The translations under genes and the position numbers were made by a program. Positions 1 to 9,028 of a stretch of DNA of 64,000 nt are shown here, in pieces. Below the pieces are notes generated by a model. That model was not told the DNA's origin. It did not search any database and was given only the letters and a program-made list of their open reading frames with translations. The stretch is from Candidatus Eiseniibacteriota bacterium (GTDB lineage Bacteria > Eisenbacteria > RBG-16-71-46 > DASYSL01). Within the stretch, counting starts at the first letter, position 1, and each line of letters opens with the position of its first letter. Location of the stretch: assembly GCA_031431875.1 (NCBI GenBank), contig JANPEF010000061.1:32001-96000 (forward strand). The letters run 5' to 3'.

Positions 1-2
1 TC

Positions 3-1064
3 TACGCCGGCATCGAGTACATGCAGACGCCGGGCGTCGCCGAGGCGCTCAAGCTGATCTCGCGCAAGGGCTGCGAGAAGATCGTGCGCCTGGGCTTCGA
101 GGTCGCGCGCGCCGAGGGCCGCAAGAAGGTCCATTGCGCGACCAAGTCGAACATCATGAAGATGACCGAGGGCACGCTCAAGCGCACGTTCGAGGCGATC
201 GCCCCCGAGTACCCCGAGATCGAGTCGACGCACATCATCGTCGACAACTGCGCCCACCAGCTCGTGCGCTTCCCGGAATGGTTCGACGTCATCATCATGA
301 CCAACATGAACGGCGACATCCTGTCGGACATGACGTCCGGCCTGATCGGCGGGCTCGGCTTTGCACCGTCGGCGAACCTGGGCACCGACTATGCGATCTT
401 CGAGGCCGTGCACGGCTCGGCGCCGAAGTACACGGGCAAGAACGTGATCAACCCGACGGCCGTGCTGTTCGCGGGCGTGATGATGCTGCGGCGCCTCGAG
501 GAGTTCGCGGCGGCGGCGGCGATCGAGAACTCCGTGATCGCCGTGCTCGAGGACGGGAAGTTCCGCACGCGCGACGTCGTCGGCGACGCCGGCTCGGTGA
601 GCACGAGCGACTACACCGATGCGATCATCGCCAACCTGGGGCGCAAGCCGTCGAAGGCGTTCGTGCGCGAGTACCGGCCGATCAAGATGCCCGACGTGCC
701 CGCCGCGCCTGATTTCGTCAAGGTGAAGGAGCGCATGGTCGCCGGTGCCGACGTCTACGTCGAGTGGACGAGCTCCGTCGAGACGCTCGGAAAGAGCCTC
801 GAGACCGCGCTCGCCGGCTCGCCCTTCCGGCTGCACATGATCGCGAGTCGCGGCACGAAACTCTACCCCGGGGTGAGCGCCGTGACCGACACGGTCGACG
901 CGTTCACCGCCCGCTGCATGCGCGCCGACGGGGGCGACACGACCGACGCCGAGATCCTCGACCTGCTCGCCCGCGTGGGTGCCAGGGCGCCCTGGTCCCA
1001 CGTCGAGAAGCTGAACGTGTTCGACGGCGCGCTCGGCTACACGAAGGCACAGGGCGAGGATTGA
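3..1064 (+). CDS. icd: NADP-dependent isocitrate dehydrogenase (Thermus/Rickettsia type), 5'-truncated by the window edge
   Basis: Motifs TKSNIMKMTEG, NMNGDILSD, GGLGFAPSANLG and FEAVHGSAP, plus the C-terminal extension ending GYTKAQGED. The frame is open from position 3 (YAGIEY...). Confidence 0.95.
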   Translation, partial: YAGIEYMQTPGVAEALKLISRKGCEKIVRLGFEVARAEGRKKVHCATKSNIMKMTEGTLKRTFEAIAPEYPEIESTHIIVDNCAHQLVRFPEWFDVIIMTNMNGDILSDMTSGLIGGLGFAPSANLGTDYAIFEAVHGSAPKYTGKNVINPTAVLFAGVMMLRRLEEFAAAAAIENSVIAVLEDGKFRTRDVVGDAGSVSTSDYTDAIIANLGRKPSKAFVREYRPIKMPDVPAAPDFVKVKERMVAGADVYVEWTSSVETLGKSLETALAGSPFRLHMIASRGTKLYPGVSAVTDTVDAFTARCMRADGGDTTDAEILDLLARVGARAPWSHVEKLNVFDGALGYTKAQGED

Positions 1065-2197
1065 AACTCTCCGTTCCCCGCGAGATCGCCCCGGGCGAGA
1101 CGCGCGTCGCGCTCGTGCCCGAGACGCTGGCGCGCCTGATCAAGGCCGGCGCAAGCGTGACCGTCGAGGCCGGCGCGGGGGAACGCGCGGGCTTCCCGGA
1201 TGCGGCGTACGCCGCGGCGGGGGCACGCATCGAACCGGACGTGCGCGCGCTGTGGCGCGCTGCCGACCTGGTGCTCAAGGTCCGCGAGCCTCTCGATCAT
1301 CCCGGCGCCGGCGCGCACGAGCTGGACCTCGCGCGCGAGGGGTCCATCGTCGTCGGCCTGCTGCGGCCGGTCGAGAACGAGGCGCTCCTGGCGCGCTACA
1401 CCGCGCGCCGCGTGACCGCGTTCGCGATGGAGAAGGTGCCGCGCACGTCGCGCGCGCAGAAGATGGATGCGCTGTCGGCGATGAGCACGATCGCGGGGTA
1501 CAAGGCCGTGCTGCTGGGCGCGATGCGGCTGCCGCGCTTCTTTCCGCTCATGATGACCGCGGCCGGGACGATTCCGCCGGCCCGCGTCCTCATCCTGGGC
1601 GCCGGTGTGGCGGGGCTGTCGGCGATCGCAACGGCGCGTCGCCTGGGCGCGGTCGTCGAGGCCTTCGACGTCCGTCCCGCGGTGCGCGAGGAAGTGCAGA
1701 GCCTGGGCGCCACGTTCGTCGGCCCGAGCGGGGACGCGGTCGCGTCGTCGGTGGCCGGCGCCGGCGGCTCGGGTGCGTACGCCGCCGAGCAGAGCACCGA
1801 TGACGCGCGTCGCCGCCAGGAGATGCTGGTGCCGCACGTCGCGCAGGCCGACGTCGTGATCGCGACCGCGCTCGTTCCGGGTCGCCCGGCGCCGCGCCTG
1901 GTGACTGCGGCGATGGTCGAGTCCATGAAGCCCGGCGCCGTGATCGTCGACCTGGCCGCCGAGACCGGGGGCAATTGCGAGCTCACCCGCGCCGGCGAGG
2001 ACGTCGTTGCGCACGGCGTGACCATCCTCGGGCCGGTCAACCTGACCGCCACGGTGGCCGGGGACGCCAGCCGAATGTATTCGCGCACGATCGCCGCGTT
2101 CGTGCTCCACCTGGTCAAGGACGGCGCACTCGCGCCCGACTTCGCGGACGACATCGTGCGCGAGTCGTGCATCGCCCGCCCGGGGGACGCCGCGTGA
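1061..2197 (+). CDS. pntAA: NAD(P) transhydrogenase alpha subunit, part 1 (dI)
   Basis: PREIAPGETRVAL, RAQKMDALS, AGYKAV and GAGVAGL motifs. The TTG start overlaps the icd stop (TTGA). Confidence 0.93.
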   Translation: MKLSVPREIAPGETRVALVPETLARLIKAGASVTVEAGAGERAGFPDAAYAAAGARIEPDVRALWRAADLVLKVREPLDHPGAGAHELDLAREGSIVVGLLRPVENEALLARYTARRVTAFAMEKVPRTSRAQKMDALSAMSTIAGYKAVLLGAMRLPRFFPLMMTAAGTIPPARVLILGAGVAGLSAIATARRLGAVVEAFDVRPAVREEVQSLGATFVGPSGDAVASSVAGAGGSGAYAAEQSTDDARRRQEMLVPHVAQADVVIATALVPGRPAPRLVTAAMVESMKPGAVIVDLAAETGGNCELTRAGEDVVAHGVTILGPVNLTATVAGDASRMYSRTIAAFVLHLVKDGALAPDFADDIVRESCIARPGDAA

Positions 2198-2496
2198 GCG
2201 CAGCCGAAGTCCTCACCGTCCTCACCATCTTCGTGCTCGCCGTCTTCACCGGTTTCGAGGTGATCTCGAAGGTGCCGGTCGTCCTGCACACGCCGCTCAT
2301 GTCGGGCACCAACGCGATCCATGGCATCGTCGTCGTCGGCGGGATCGTCGTGCTGGCGCATGCCGAGGGGCCGTGGCTCGTGGGGCTCGGCTTCGTCGGC
2401 GTCGTCTTCGGCGCGGCCAACCTGGTCGGCGGGCTGGTCGTCACCGACCGCATGCTCGGCATGTTCAAGAAGAAGCCGAAGGACGCGCCGAAGTGA
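2194..2496 (+). CDS. pntAB: NAD(P) transhydrogenase alpha subunit, part 2 (membrane)
   Basis: LHTPLMSGTNAIHG and VTDRMLGMFK motifs. GTGA overlap with the upstream gene. Confidence 0.93.
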   Translation: MSAAEVLTVLTIFVLAVFTGFEVISKVPVVLHTPLMSGTNAIHGIVVVGGIVVLAHAEGPWLVGLGFVGVVFGAANLVGGLVVTDRMLGMFKKKPKDAPK

Positions 2497-3899
2497 GCCC
2501 GGCCGTGCTCGATCTCGTGCAGCGCATCCTGTTCCTCGTCTCCATCGTGACGATCATCGTGGGGCTCAAGCGCCTGAGCTCGCCGGCCACCGCGCGCTCG
2601 GGCAACGCGCTCGCGGGCTGGGGCCTGGCGATCGCGGTGCTCGCCACGTTCGTCACCGGCGTGCCCCAGAACCTGGGGCTCATCGTGCTGGGCCTCGTGG
2701 TGGGCTCGGGCCTGGGCTGGTGGGGCGCGCGGGTGGTCCAGATGACCGACATGCCGCAGATGGTCGCCCTGCTCAACGGGCTGGGCGGCGGCGCGGCGGC
2801 GGCGGTGTCGGTGGCCGAGTTCATCGCCTGGCGCTCCGGGCCGGGGGCGGGCGGGCCGGTCCACATCGTCAGCATTCTCGCCGGCACGGTGATCGGCGCG
2901 GTGTCGTTCGCGGGCTCGCTGCTCGCCTTCGCCAAGCTGCAGGGCATCGGCGAGCGCGCCGTGATCCTGCCGGGCGGTCGCCTGCTGCAGGCCGCGGTCG
3001 TCGTGGCCGCGCTGGTCACGGGCGGGCTCGCTGCGACCAGCGGCGGCCTTCCCGTGTTCGTCACGTTCGTCGTCCTGGCGCTGGCGCTTGGCGTGCTCAT
3101 GGTCGTGCCGATCGGCGGCGCCGACATGCCGGTCGTGATCTCGATCCTCAACTCATGCACCGGGCTCGCCGCGGCCGCGGCGGGTCTCGTGCTCGACAAC
3201 CACGCCCTGCTGGTCAGCGGCACGCTGGTCGGTGCCTCGGGTACGCTGCTCACGCGGCTCATGTGCAAGGCGATGAACCGCTCGCTGGCCAACGTGCTGT
3301 TCGGCGCGCTGGGCGCTGCACCGGCGGCCGGCACGGCCGCAGCGGGGGCGGGCCCCCCAAAGCGTCCCGTGCGCGACGTGTCGGTCGAGGATGCGGCGGT
3401 GCTGCTGGCCAACGTGCAGAGCGTGATCATCGTCCCCGGCTACGGCCTGGCGGTGGCGCAGGCGCAGCACGTCGTGCGCGAACTGGCGGACCTGCTGGCC
3501 AGGCGCGGCGTCGAGGTGAAGTACGCCATCCATCCCGTGGCGGGCCGCATGCCCGGGCACATGAACGTGCTGCTGGCCGAGGCCAACGTGCCGTACTCGC
3601 AGTTGTTCGACCTCGAACAGATCAACGGTGACTTCGAGCGCACCGACGTGGCGCTGGTCATCGGCGCCAACGACGTGGTGAACCCCGCGGCGCGGCACGA
3701 CAAGGCGAGCCCGATCTACGGCATGCCGATCCTCGACGCCGACAAGGCGCGTCACGTGGTCTTGATGAAGCGATCGCTCAACCCCGGCTTCGCGGGCATC
3801 GACAACGAGCTCTACTACGATCCGAAGACGACGATGCTGTTCGGCGACGCGAAGCAGGTGCTCGGCCGACTTGTCGAGGAATTGAAAAGCGAGGCGTAG
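2493..3899 (+). CDS. pntB: NAD(P) transhydrogenase beta subunit
   Basis: IGGADMPVVISILNS, VPGYGLAVAQAQ, HPVAGRMPGHMNVLLAEA and GANDVVNPAA motifs. GTGA overlap with the upstream gene. Confidence 0.96.
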   Translation: MSPAVLDLVQRILFLVSIVTIIVGLKRLSSPATARSGNALAGWGLAIAVLATFVTGVPQNLGLIVLGLVVGSGLGWWGARVVQMTDMPQMVALLNGLGGGAAAAVSVAEFIAWRSGPGAGGPVHIVSILAGTVIGAVSFAGSLLAFAKLQGIGERAVILPGGRLLQAAVVVAALVTGGLAATSGGLPVFVTFVVLALALGVLMVVPIGGADMPVVISILNSCTGLAAAAAGLVLDNHALLVSGTLVGASGTLLTRLMCKAMNRSLANVLFGALGAAPAAGTAAAGAGPPKRPVRDVSVEDAAVLLANVQSVIIVPGYGLAVAQAQHVVRELADLLARRGVEVKYAIHPVAGRMPGHMNVLLAEANVPYSQLFDLEQINGDFERTDVALVIGANDVVNPAARHDKASPIYGMPILDADKARHVVLMKRSLNPGFAGIDNELYYDPKTTMLFGDAKQVLGRLVEELKSEA

Positions 3900-4014
3900 C
3901 CCCGGGCGATTTTCATGCTGTGGGCGGGTCGTTCCGCTAGACTGCCTCACCGTTCCCCCGGGGCCGGATCGCTCCCGACCTCCTCCGCCGTTCCCCCGGT
4001 CCTTGCGAGTGCCC

Positions 4015-7000
4015 ATGATGGCCACCCAGGCCCCCCGTCCCGGTCGCGGTTCGTTCGTCGGCTTTGTTCCGCTTCTGACGCTGCTCCTGTCCACGCCGGT
4101 CATCGCGGTTCCCGTCGGCACGGCGCCGCCCCTGGCCCTGCGCGATCGGACGCCGGGCCTGGTCGCGTTCACCGACGCGCGGCTCGTGATCGCCCCGGGC
4201 CGGACGGTCGAGAAGGGGACACTGGTCATCAAGGACGGCATGATCGTCGCCGCCGGTGCGGGGGTGAAGATCCCCGCCGGCGCAACCGTGCGCAGTCTCG
4301 CGTGGGCGACGATCTATCCCGGCTTCCTCGATGCCAGCGTGCCGGTCGGTTTCCCGTCGTCGGCGACCACCGGCCTGATTCGCGACGGCGCCGACGGTCC
4401 CTCGGGCGGGCCGGGCTCCGGCGGCCCGAGCGGCATTGCCGGGCCGGGCGCGTCGAGCTGGAACCCGCACGTCACGCCGGGCCGGCGCGTCGAGCTCGAC
4501 CTGCCGGCCGACAGCCTGGCCGCGAAGCTGCGCTCCACGCTGCGCAGCCAGGGCGTCACGGTGGCGCTGGTCGCCCCGGCGCGCGGCGTCGTCAGGGGGC
4601 AGGGCGCCCTGCTTACCACCGCCGACGGCCCGCTCGGGCGACTGGTGGTCAAGCCGCAGGCGAGCATGCACCTGGCGCTCAACTCGGGGCTCTCCTTCGA
4701 CGACCAGGGCTATCCGCAGTCGCCGATGGGCGCGGTCGCGCTGTTGCGCCAGACTTTCGCCGACGCCGCCTGGTACACCAGGGCGCAGGCGGCCTGCGCA
4801 CGCGACCCGAAGCTGCCGCGGCCCGAGACCGAGGAGGGCCTCGCCGCGCTCACCGCGTTCCGCACCACGCGCGCGCCATTCGTGATCGACGCCCAGGACG
4901 AGCTCTACGTGCTGCGCGCCGACCGTCTCGCCCGCGAGCTCGGATTCGACGCGATCGTGCGCGGCTCGGGTCGCGAGTACCGCCAGCTCGACGCGATCAG
5001 GGCGACGGGGCGCACGATCATCGTTCCGCTGTCGTTCCCGAAAGCGCCGATCGTCGACACGCCCGAGCAGGCGATGAACGTCTCGCTCGAGGACCTCATG
5101 CACTGGGACGTGGCCCCCGAGAACGCGGGCCGGCTGGCGAAGGCAGGCGTGCCGATTGCCTTGACCTCGGATCGGCTCGAGGATCGCGGCACGTTCCTGG
5201 TCCAGGTGCGGAAGGCCGTCGACCGCGGTCTCACGCCCGCGCAGGCGCTGGCCGCGCTGACCACCACGCCGGCGCGCGCGCTCGGGGTGGGTGATCGCCT
5301 GGGCACGCTCGAGGCCGGGAAGCAGGCGCACTTCGTCATCACCGACGGGGACCTGTTCGCCGCCACGACGAAGGTGCGCGAGGTGTGGATCGATGGCGAG
5401 GCCTACCCGATCAAGCCCTGGCCCGAGCTCGATCTGCGCGGGCGCTGGCTGGTGACGCTCGATCCGCCTGCAGCCGGAGCCGACTCGATCGTGCTCGCGC
5501 TCGCCGGGCAGCCCGATTCGCTGGGCGGCACGCTGCGGCTGGGCAAGGACACGATGCTCAAGTCCGCGCAGCTCCTCGAGCGACAGCTGTTCGTGTCGCT
5601 GTCCGGCGACTCGCTGGGAAAGCAGGGCGTCGTGCGCCTCTCCGGCGCGGTCGAGGGCGCAGGCGCCGAGCCGATCGTACGCGGCACGGGTGTGTGGCCC
5701 GACGGGGCGCCGTTTGCGTGGAGCGCCCGCCGCATCGCCGCCTACACGCCGCCGGCCGACACGGCGGCGAAACCGCCCCCCGTGCGCGCCAGCTACGAGC
5801 CGAACTTCCCGTTGGGCGACTGCGGTCGCAACGGCATTCCGGAGCGCCCGGCCGTCGTCGCGTTCGAAGGCGCGACCGTGTGGACGTCGGGTCCGGCCGG
5901 GAGGATCGAGGGCGCGACCGTGCTGGTCGAGAATGGGGTGATCCGCGCGGTCGGCAAGGACGTGCGCGTGCCGGCGAGCGCAGTCCGCATCGACGCGCGC
6001 GGCAAGCACATCACGCCGGGCCTGATCGACGCGCACTCGCACACCGCGACCGACGGTGGGATCAACGAGGGCGGGCAGAACGTCACCGCCGAGGTGCGCA
6101 TCGGCGACTTCATCGACCCGAACGACATCGCGCTCTACCGCGAGCTTGCCGGCGGCCTGACCGCGGCGCACATCCTGCACGGTTCGGCGAACGCAATCGG
6201 CGGGCAGAGCCAGATGATCAAGCTGCGCTGGGGAGCACCCGACTCGGCGCTCAAGTTCGCGGGCTGGCCGGCGACGATCAAGTTCGCGCTGGGCGAGAAT
6301 CCCAAGCAGTCCAACTGGGGCCTGCAGGACCCGACGCGCTATCCGCAGTCGCGCATGGGCGTCGAGCAGTTGATCCGCGACCGCTTCGCTGCGGCGCGGG
6401 ACTACACGGCCGAGCAGAAGCGCGGCACGATGGCGAACGGCCTGCCGGCGCGGCGCGATTACGAACTCGAGACGATCGCCCAGATTCTCGACGGCACGCG
6501 CACCATTCACAGCCACGCGTACCGCCAGGACGAGATCCTGATGCTCATGCGCGTGGCCGAGGAATACGGCATCCGGGTCGGCACGTTCCAGCACATCCTC
6601 GAGGGCTACAAGGTGGCCGACGTGATGGCCGCGCACGGGGCCGGCGGCTCGACGTTTTCCGACTGGTGGGCCTACAAGATGGAAGTCATCGATGCCATCC
6701 CGTTCAACGGCGCGCTGATGCATCGCGCCGGCGTGCTCGTGTCGTTCAACTCGGACTCGGACGAGCTGGCGCGTCGTCTCAACACCGAGGCGGGGAAGGC
6801 GGTCAAGTACGGCGGGGTCTCCCCGGAGGAAGCGCTCGAGTTCGTCACCGCAAACCCGGCGAAGCAGCTCAAGGTCGACGCGAAGGTCGGCTCACTCGAG
6901 CCCGGCAAGGATGCCGACCTCGTGGTGTGGAGCGGCCCGCCGTTGTCGCCGCTATCGCTCTGCGAGCAGACGTGGATCGACGGCCGGCGCTACTTCGACC

Positions 7001-7215
7001 GCGCGGAGGATCTCGCGATGCGCGTCGAGCAAGAGAGGATGAAGCAGGTGCTGGCGCAGAAGGCGCTCGCGGCACCCGGGGGCAGCGGCGGCGGGGGCCC
7101 GGGAGGCCGCGGCGTGCCGCGCCACGACTGGGCCGACGAACATGACGAGGGGGATGACGGTGGCTTCGGCTCGCGGGCCGCCGCGGCGCGTAGCTGCGAA
7201 GGAGGTGCGCGATGA
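4015..7215 (+). CDS. Secreted double-domain amidohydrolase family protein
   Basis: N-terminal hydrophobic signal and two amidohydrolase repeats (PGFLDA... and PGLIDAHSH; GTLEAGKQA and GSLEPGKDAD). The start could be 4015 or 4018. Confidence 0.88.
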   Translation: MMATQAPRPGRGSFVGFVPLLTLLLSTPVIAVPVGTAPPLALRDRTPGLVAFTDARLVIAPGRTVEKGTLVIKDGMIVAAGAGVKIPAGATVRSLAWATIYPGFLDASVPVGFPSSATTGLIRDGADGPSGGPGSGGPSGIAGPGASSWNPHVTPGRRVELDLPADSLAAKLRSTLRSQGVTVALVAPARGVVRGQGALLTTADGPLGRLVVKPQASMHLALNSGLSFDDQGYPQSPMGAVALLRQTFADAAWYTRAQAACARDPKLPRPETEEGLAALTAFRTTRAPFVIDAQDELYVLRADRLARELGFDAIVRGSGREYRQLDAIRATGRTIIVPLSFPKAPIVDTPEQAMNVSLEDLMHWDVAPENAGRLAKAGVPIALTSDRLEDRGTFLVQVRKAVDRGLTPAQALAALTTTPARALGVGDRLGTLEAGKQAHFVITDGDLFAATTKVREVWIDGEAYPIKPWPELDLRGRWLVTLDPPAAGADSIVLALAGQPDSLGGTLRLGKDTMLKSAQLLERQLFVSLSGDSLGKQGVVRLSGAVEGAGAEPIVRGTGVWPDGAPFAWSARRIAAYTPPADTAAKPPPVRASYEPNFPLGDCGRNGIPERPAVVAFEGATVWTSGPAGRIEGATVLVENGVIRAVGKDVRVPASAVRIDARGKHITPGLIDAHSHTATDGGINEGGQNVTAEVRIGDFIDPNDIALYRELAGGLTAAHILHGSANAIGGQSQMIKLRWGAPDSALKFAGWPATIKFALGENPKQSNWGLQDPTRYPQSRMGVEQLIRDRFAAARDYTAEQKRGTMANGLPARRDYELETIAQILDGTRTIHSHAYRQDEILMLMRVAEEYGIRVGTFQHILEGYKVADVMAAHGAGGSTFSDWWAYKMEVIDAIPFNGALMHRAGVLVSFNSDSDELARRLNTEAGKAVKYGGVSPEEALEFVTANPAKQLKVDAKVGSLEPGKDADLVVWSGPPLSPLSLCEQTWIDGRRYFDRAEDLAMRVEQERMKQVLAQKALAAPGGSGGGGPGGRGVPRHDWADEHDEGDDGGFGSRAAAARSCEGGAR

Positions 7216-8558
7216 TGCCAGCGAGTGCCGCAGGCGCGAGCTTGGCCTTCGCCCTGGTCTTCATGCTCTCGGCCTCTGCCGCTCACTCCGCCGTCCCCAT
7301 CCCCGGCCCGCCCCAGACCCGTCCGGTCGCGATCGTCGGCGCTGCCCTGTACCCGGTGTCGGGGCCGCGCATCGCCGACGGCACGATCGTCTTCGCCGAA
7401 GGGAAGATCGTCGCCGTGGGGCCCACGGCTAGCATGACGGTTCCAGCCGAGGCCGAGCGGATCGACGGCCGCGGCAAGCGCGTTTACCCGGGGCTGGTCG
7501 ATGCGTGGACCCAGCTCGGCCTCAACGAGGTCACCGCGGTGCGAGCCACCGTCGATGCGCGCGAGGTCGGCCCGATCAATCCGAACGTGCGCGCGCAGGT
7601 GTCGTTCAACCCGGAGAGCGAGCTCCTGCCGGTGACGCGCTCCAACGGCGTGCTCGTCGTCGGGGTTGCGCCGCAGGGCGGCCTGCTCGGCGGCCAGGTC
7701 GCCGCCATGACCCTCGATGGCTGGACATGGGAGGAGATGACGCTGCGTGCCCCGGTCGGCATGCAACTGAGTTGGCCGCCGATGGTGCTCGTGCGCGACG
7801 GCGCGCCCGAGGATCGGCAGAAGGAGAATCGCGAGAAGGCGCTGCGCGCCGTGCACGAGGCGTTCGCCGATGCCCGCGCCTACCGTGTGGCGAAGCTGGG
7901 GGCGGGGAGCGCCGGCATCGAGACCGACCTGCGCTGGGAGGCAATGATCCCGGTGCTCGAGCGGCGCGTTCCGCTGTTCGTCGAGGCCGAGGAGATCCAC
8001 CAGATCGAGGCGGCCGTCGCCTTCGCCGCGGCCGAGAGCCTGAAGCTGGTGATCGTCGGCGGTTACGACGCGGCCGCCGCGGGCGAACTGCTGCGACGCA
8101 ACGACGTGCCGGTGATCGTCGGCGGGATCCTCCGCCTGCCACGCCGTCGCGGCGATGCCTATGACGCGCCGTACACGCTGCCGGCTCGATTGCACCGCGC
8201 CGGCGTCCGCTTCTGCCTGACCAACGGCAGCCTGTGGAACGAGCGCAACCTGCCGTACGCGGCCGGCACCGCCGTCGCCTATGGACTGCCGGCGGAGGTC
8301 GGCCTGGCGGCGATCACGCTCGAGGCGGCAAGGATTCTCGGCGTCGGCGATCGCGTGGGTTCGCTCGAGCCGGGAAAGGATGCGACACTGCTGGTCACCA
8401 ACGGTGATCCCATGGAGGAGCCCACGGCGGTCGAACGCGCGTGGATCGGCGGCCGTGCAGTCGACCTCGATGATCGCCACAAGACGTTGAACGCGAAGTA
8501 CGTGGAAAAATACCGCCGCCTCGGCATCGATCCGGGCGCCGACGGCACACGGCCCTGA
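7212..8558 (+). CDS. Secreted amidohydrolase family protein
   Basis: Signal peptide, IDGRGKRVYPGLVDA and GSLEPGKDAT motifs. ATGA overlap with the upstream gene and a GGAGG RBS. Confidence 0.88.
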   Translation: MMPASAAGASLAFALVFMLSASAAHSAVPIPGPPQTRPVAIVGAALYPVSGPRIADGTIVFAEGKIVAVGPTASMTVPAEAERIDGRGKRVYPGLVDAWTQLGLNEVTAVRATVDAREVGPINPNVRAQVSFNPESELLPVTRSNGVLVVGVAPQGGLLGGQVAAMTLDGWTWEEMTLRAPVGMQLSWPPMVLVRDGAPEDRQKENREKALRAVHEAFADARAYRVAKLGAGSAGIETDLRWEAMIPVLERRVPLFVEAEEIHQIEAAVAFAAAESLKLVIVGGYDAAAAGELLRRNDVPVIVGGILRLPRRRGDAYDAPYTLPARLHRAGVRFCLTNGSLWNERNLPYAAGTAVAYGLPAEVGLAAITLEAARILGVGDRVGSLEPGKDATLLVTNGDPMEEPTAVERAWIGGRAVDLDDRHKTLNAKYVEKYRRLGIDPGADGTRP

Positions 8559-8574
8559 CGGGCGGGAGAGAGTC

Positions 8575-8994
8575 ATGAAGCGGAATGCAGAGAGAACGAC
8601 GGGCAAGACGGCGACGTGGTGCGGGATCCTCATCTTCGCGGCCGCTCTCGCGGCCGGAGCTGGCTGCGCGCCTGCGGCCGAGAAGGCCGCCGAGGCGCCC
8701 GCGGTCACCACCCCGGCGCCTGCGCCCTCGCCCGGCGTGGTCGAGGTGACGGTCGATGGTTCGGGCTTCCACCCGGATCGCATCACCGCGCACGCGGGAC
8801 AGCCGATCACCCTGGCCATCACGCGGACGACCGACGAGACCTGCGGCACCGAGATCGTCATCCCCACGATGGCGATCGACACGAAACTGCCGCTCAACCA
8901 GCGCGTCGAGGTGACCGTGACGCCGGTGGCCACGGGCGAGGTCGCGTTCGCCTGCGCGATGAACATGCACAAGGGGACGATCGTCGTCGAGTAG
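8575..8994 (+). CDS. Cupredoxin-domain lipoprotein
   Basis: Lipobox-like GAGC, GFHPDRI and a C-terminal FACAMNMHKG motif (CupA/EfeO-type cupredoxin). Confidence 0.85.
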   Translation: MKRNAERTTGKTATWCGILIFAAALAAGAGCAPAAEKAAEAPAVTTPAPAPSPGVVEVTVDGSGFHPDRITAHAGQPITLAITRTTDETCGTEIVIPTMAIDTKLPLNQRVEVTVTPVATGEVAFACAMNMHKGTIVVE

Positions 8995-9028
8995 CTCCGA
9001 GTCGAGGCGTCGTCCACGGGAGGTCGGG

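Noticed and set aside
1061..2496. Split pntA as a frameshifted pseudogene
   Set aside because: The alpha1/alpha2 split is a normal three-gene transhydrogenase arrangement, and the start/stop overlaps are clean.
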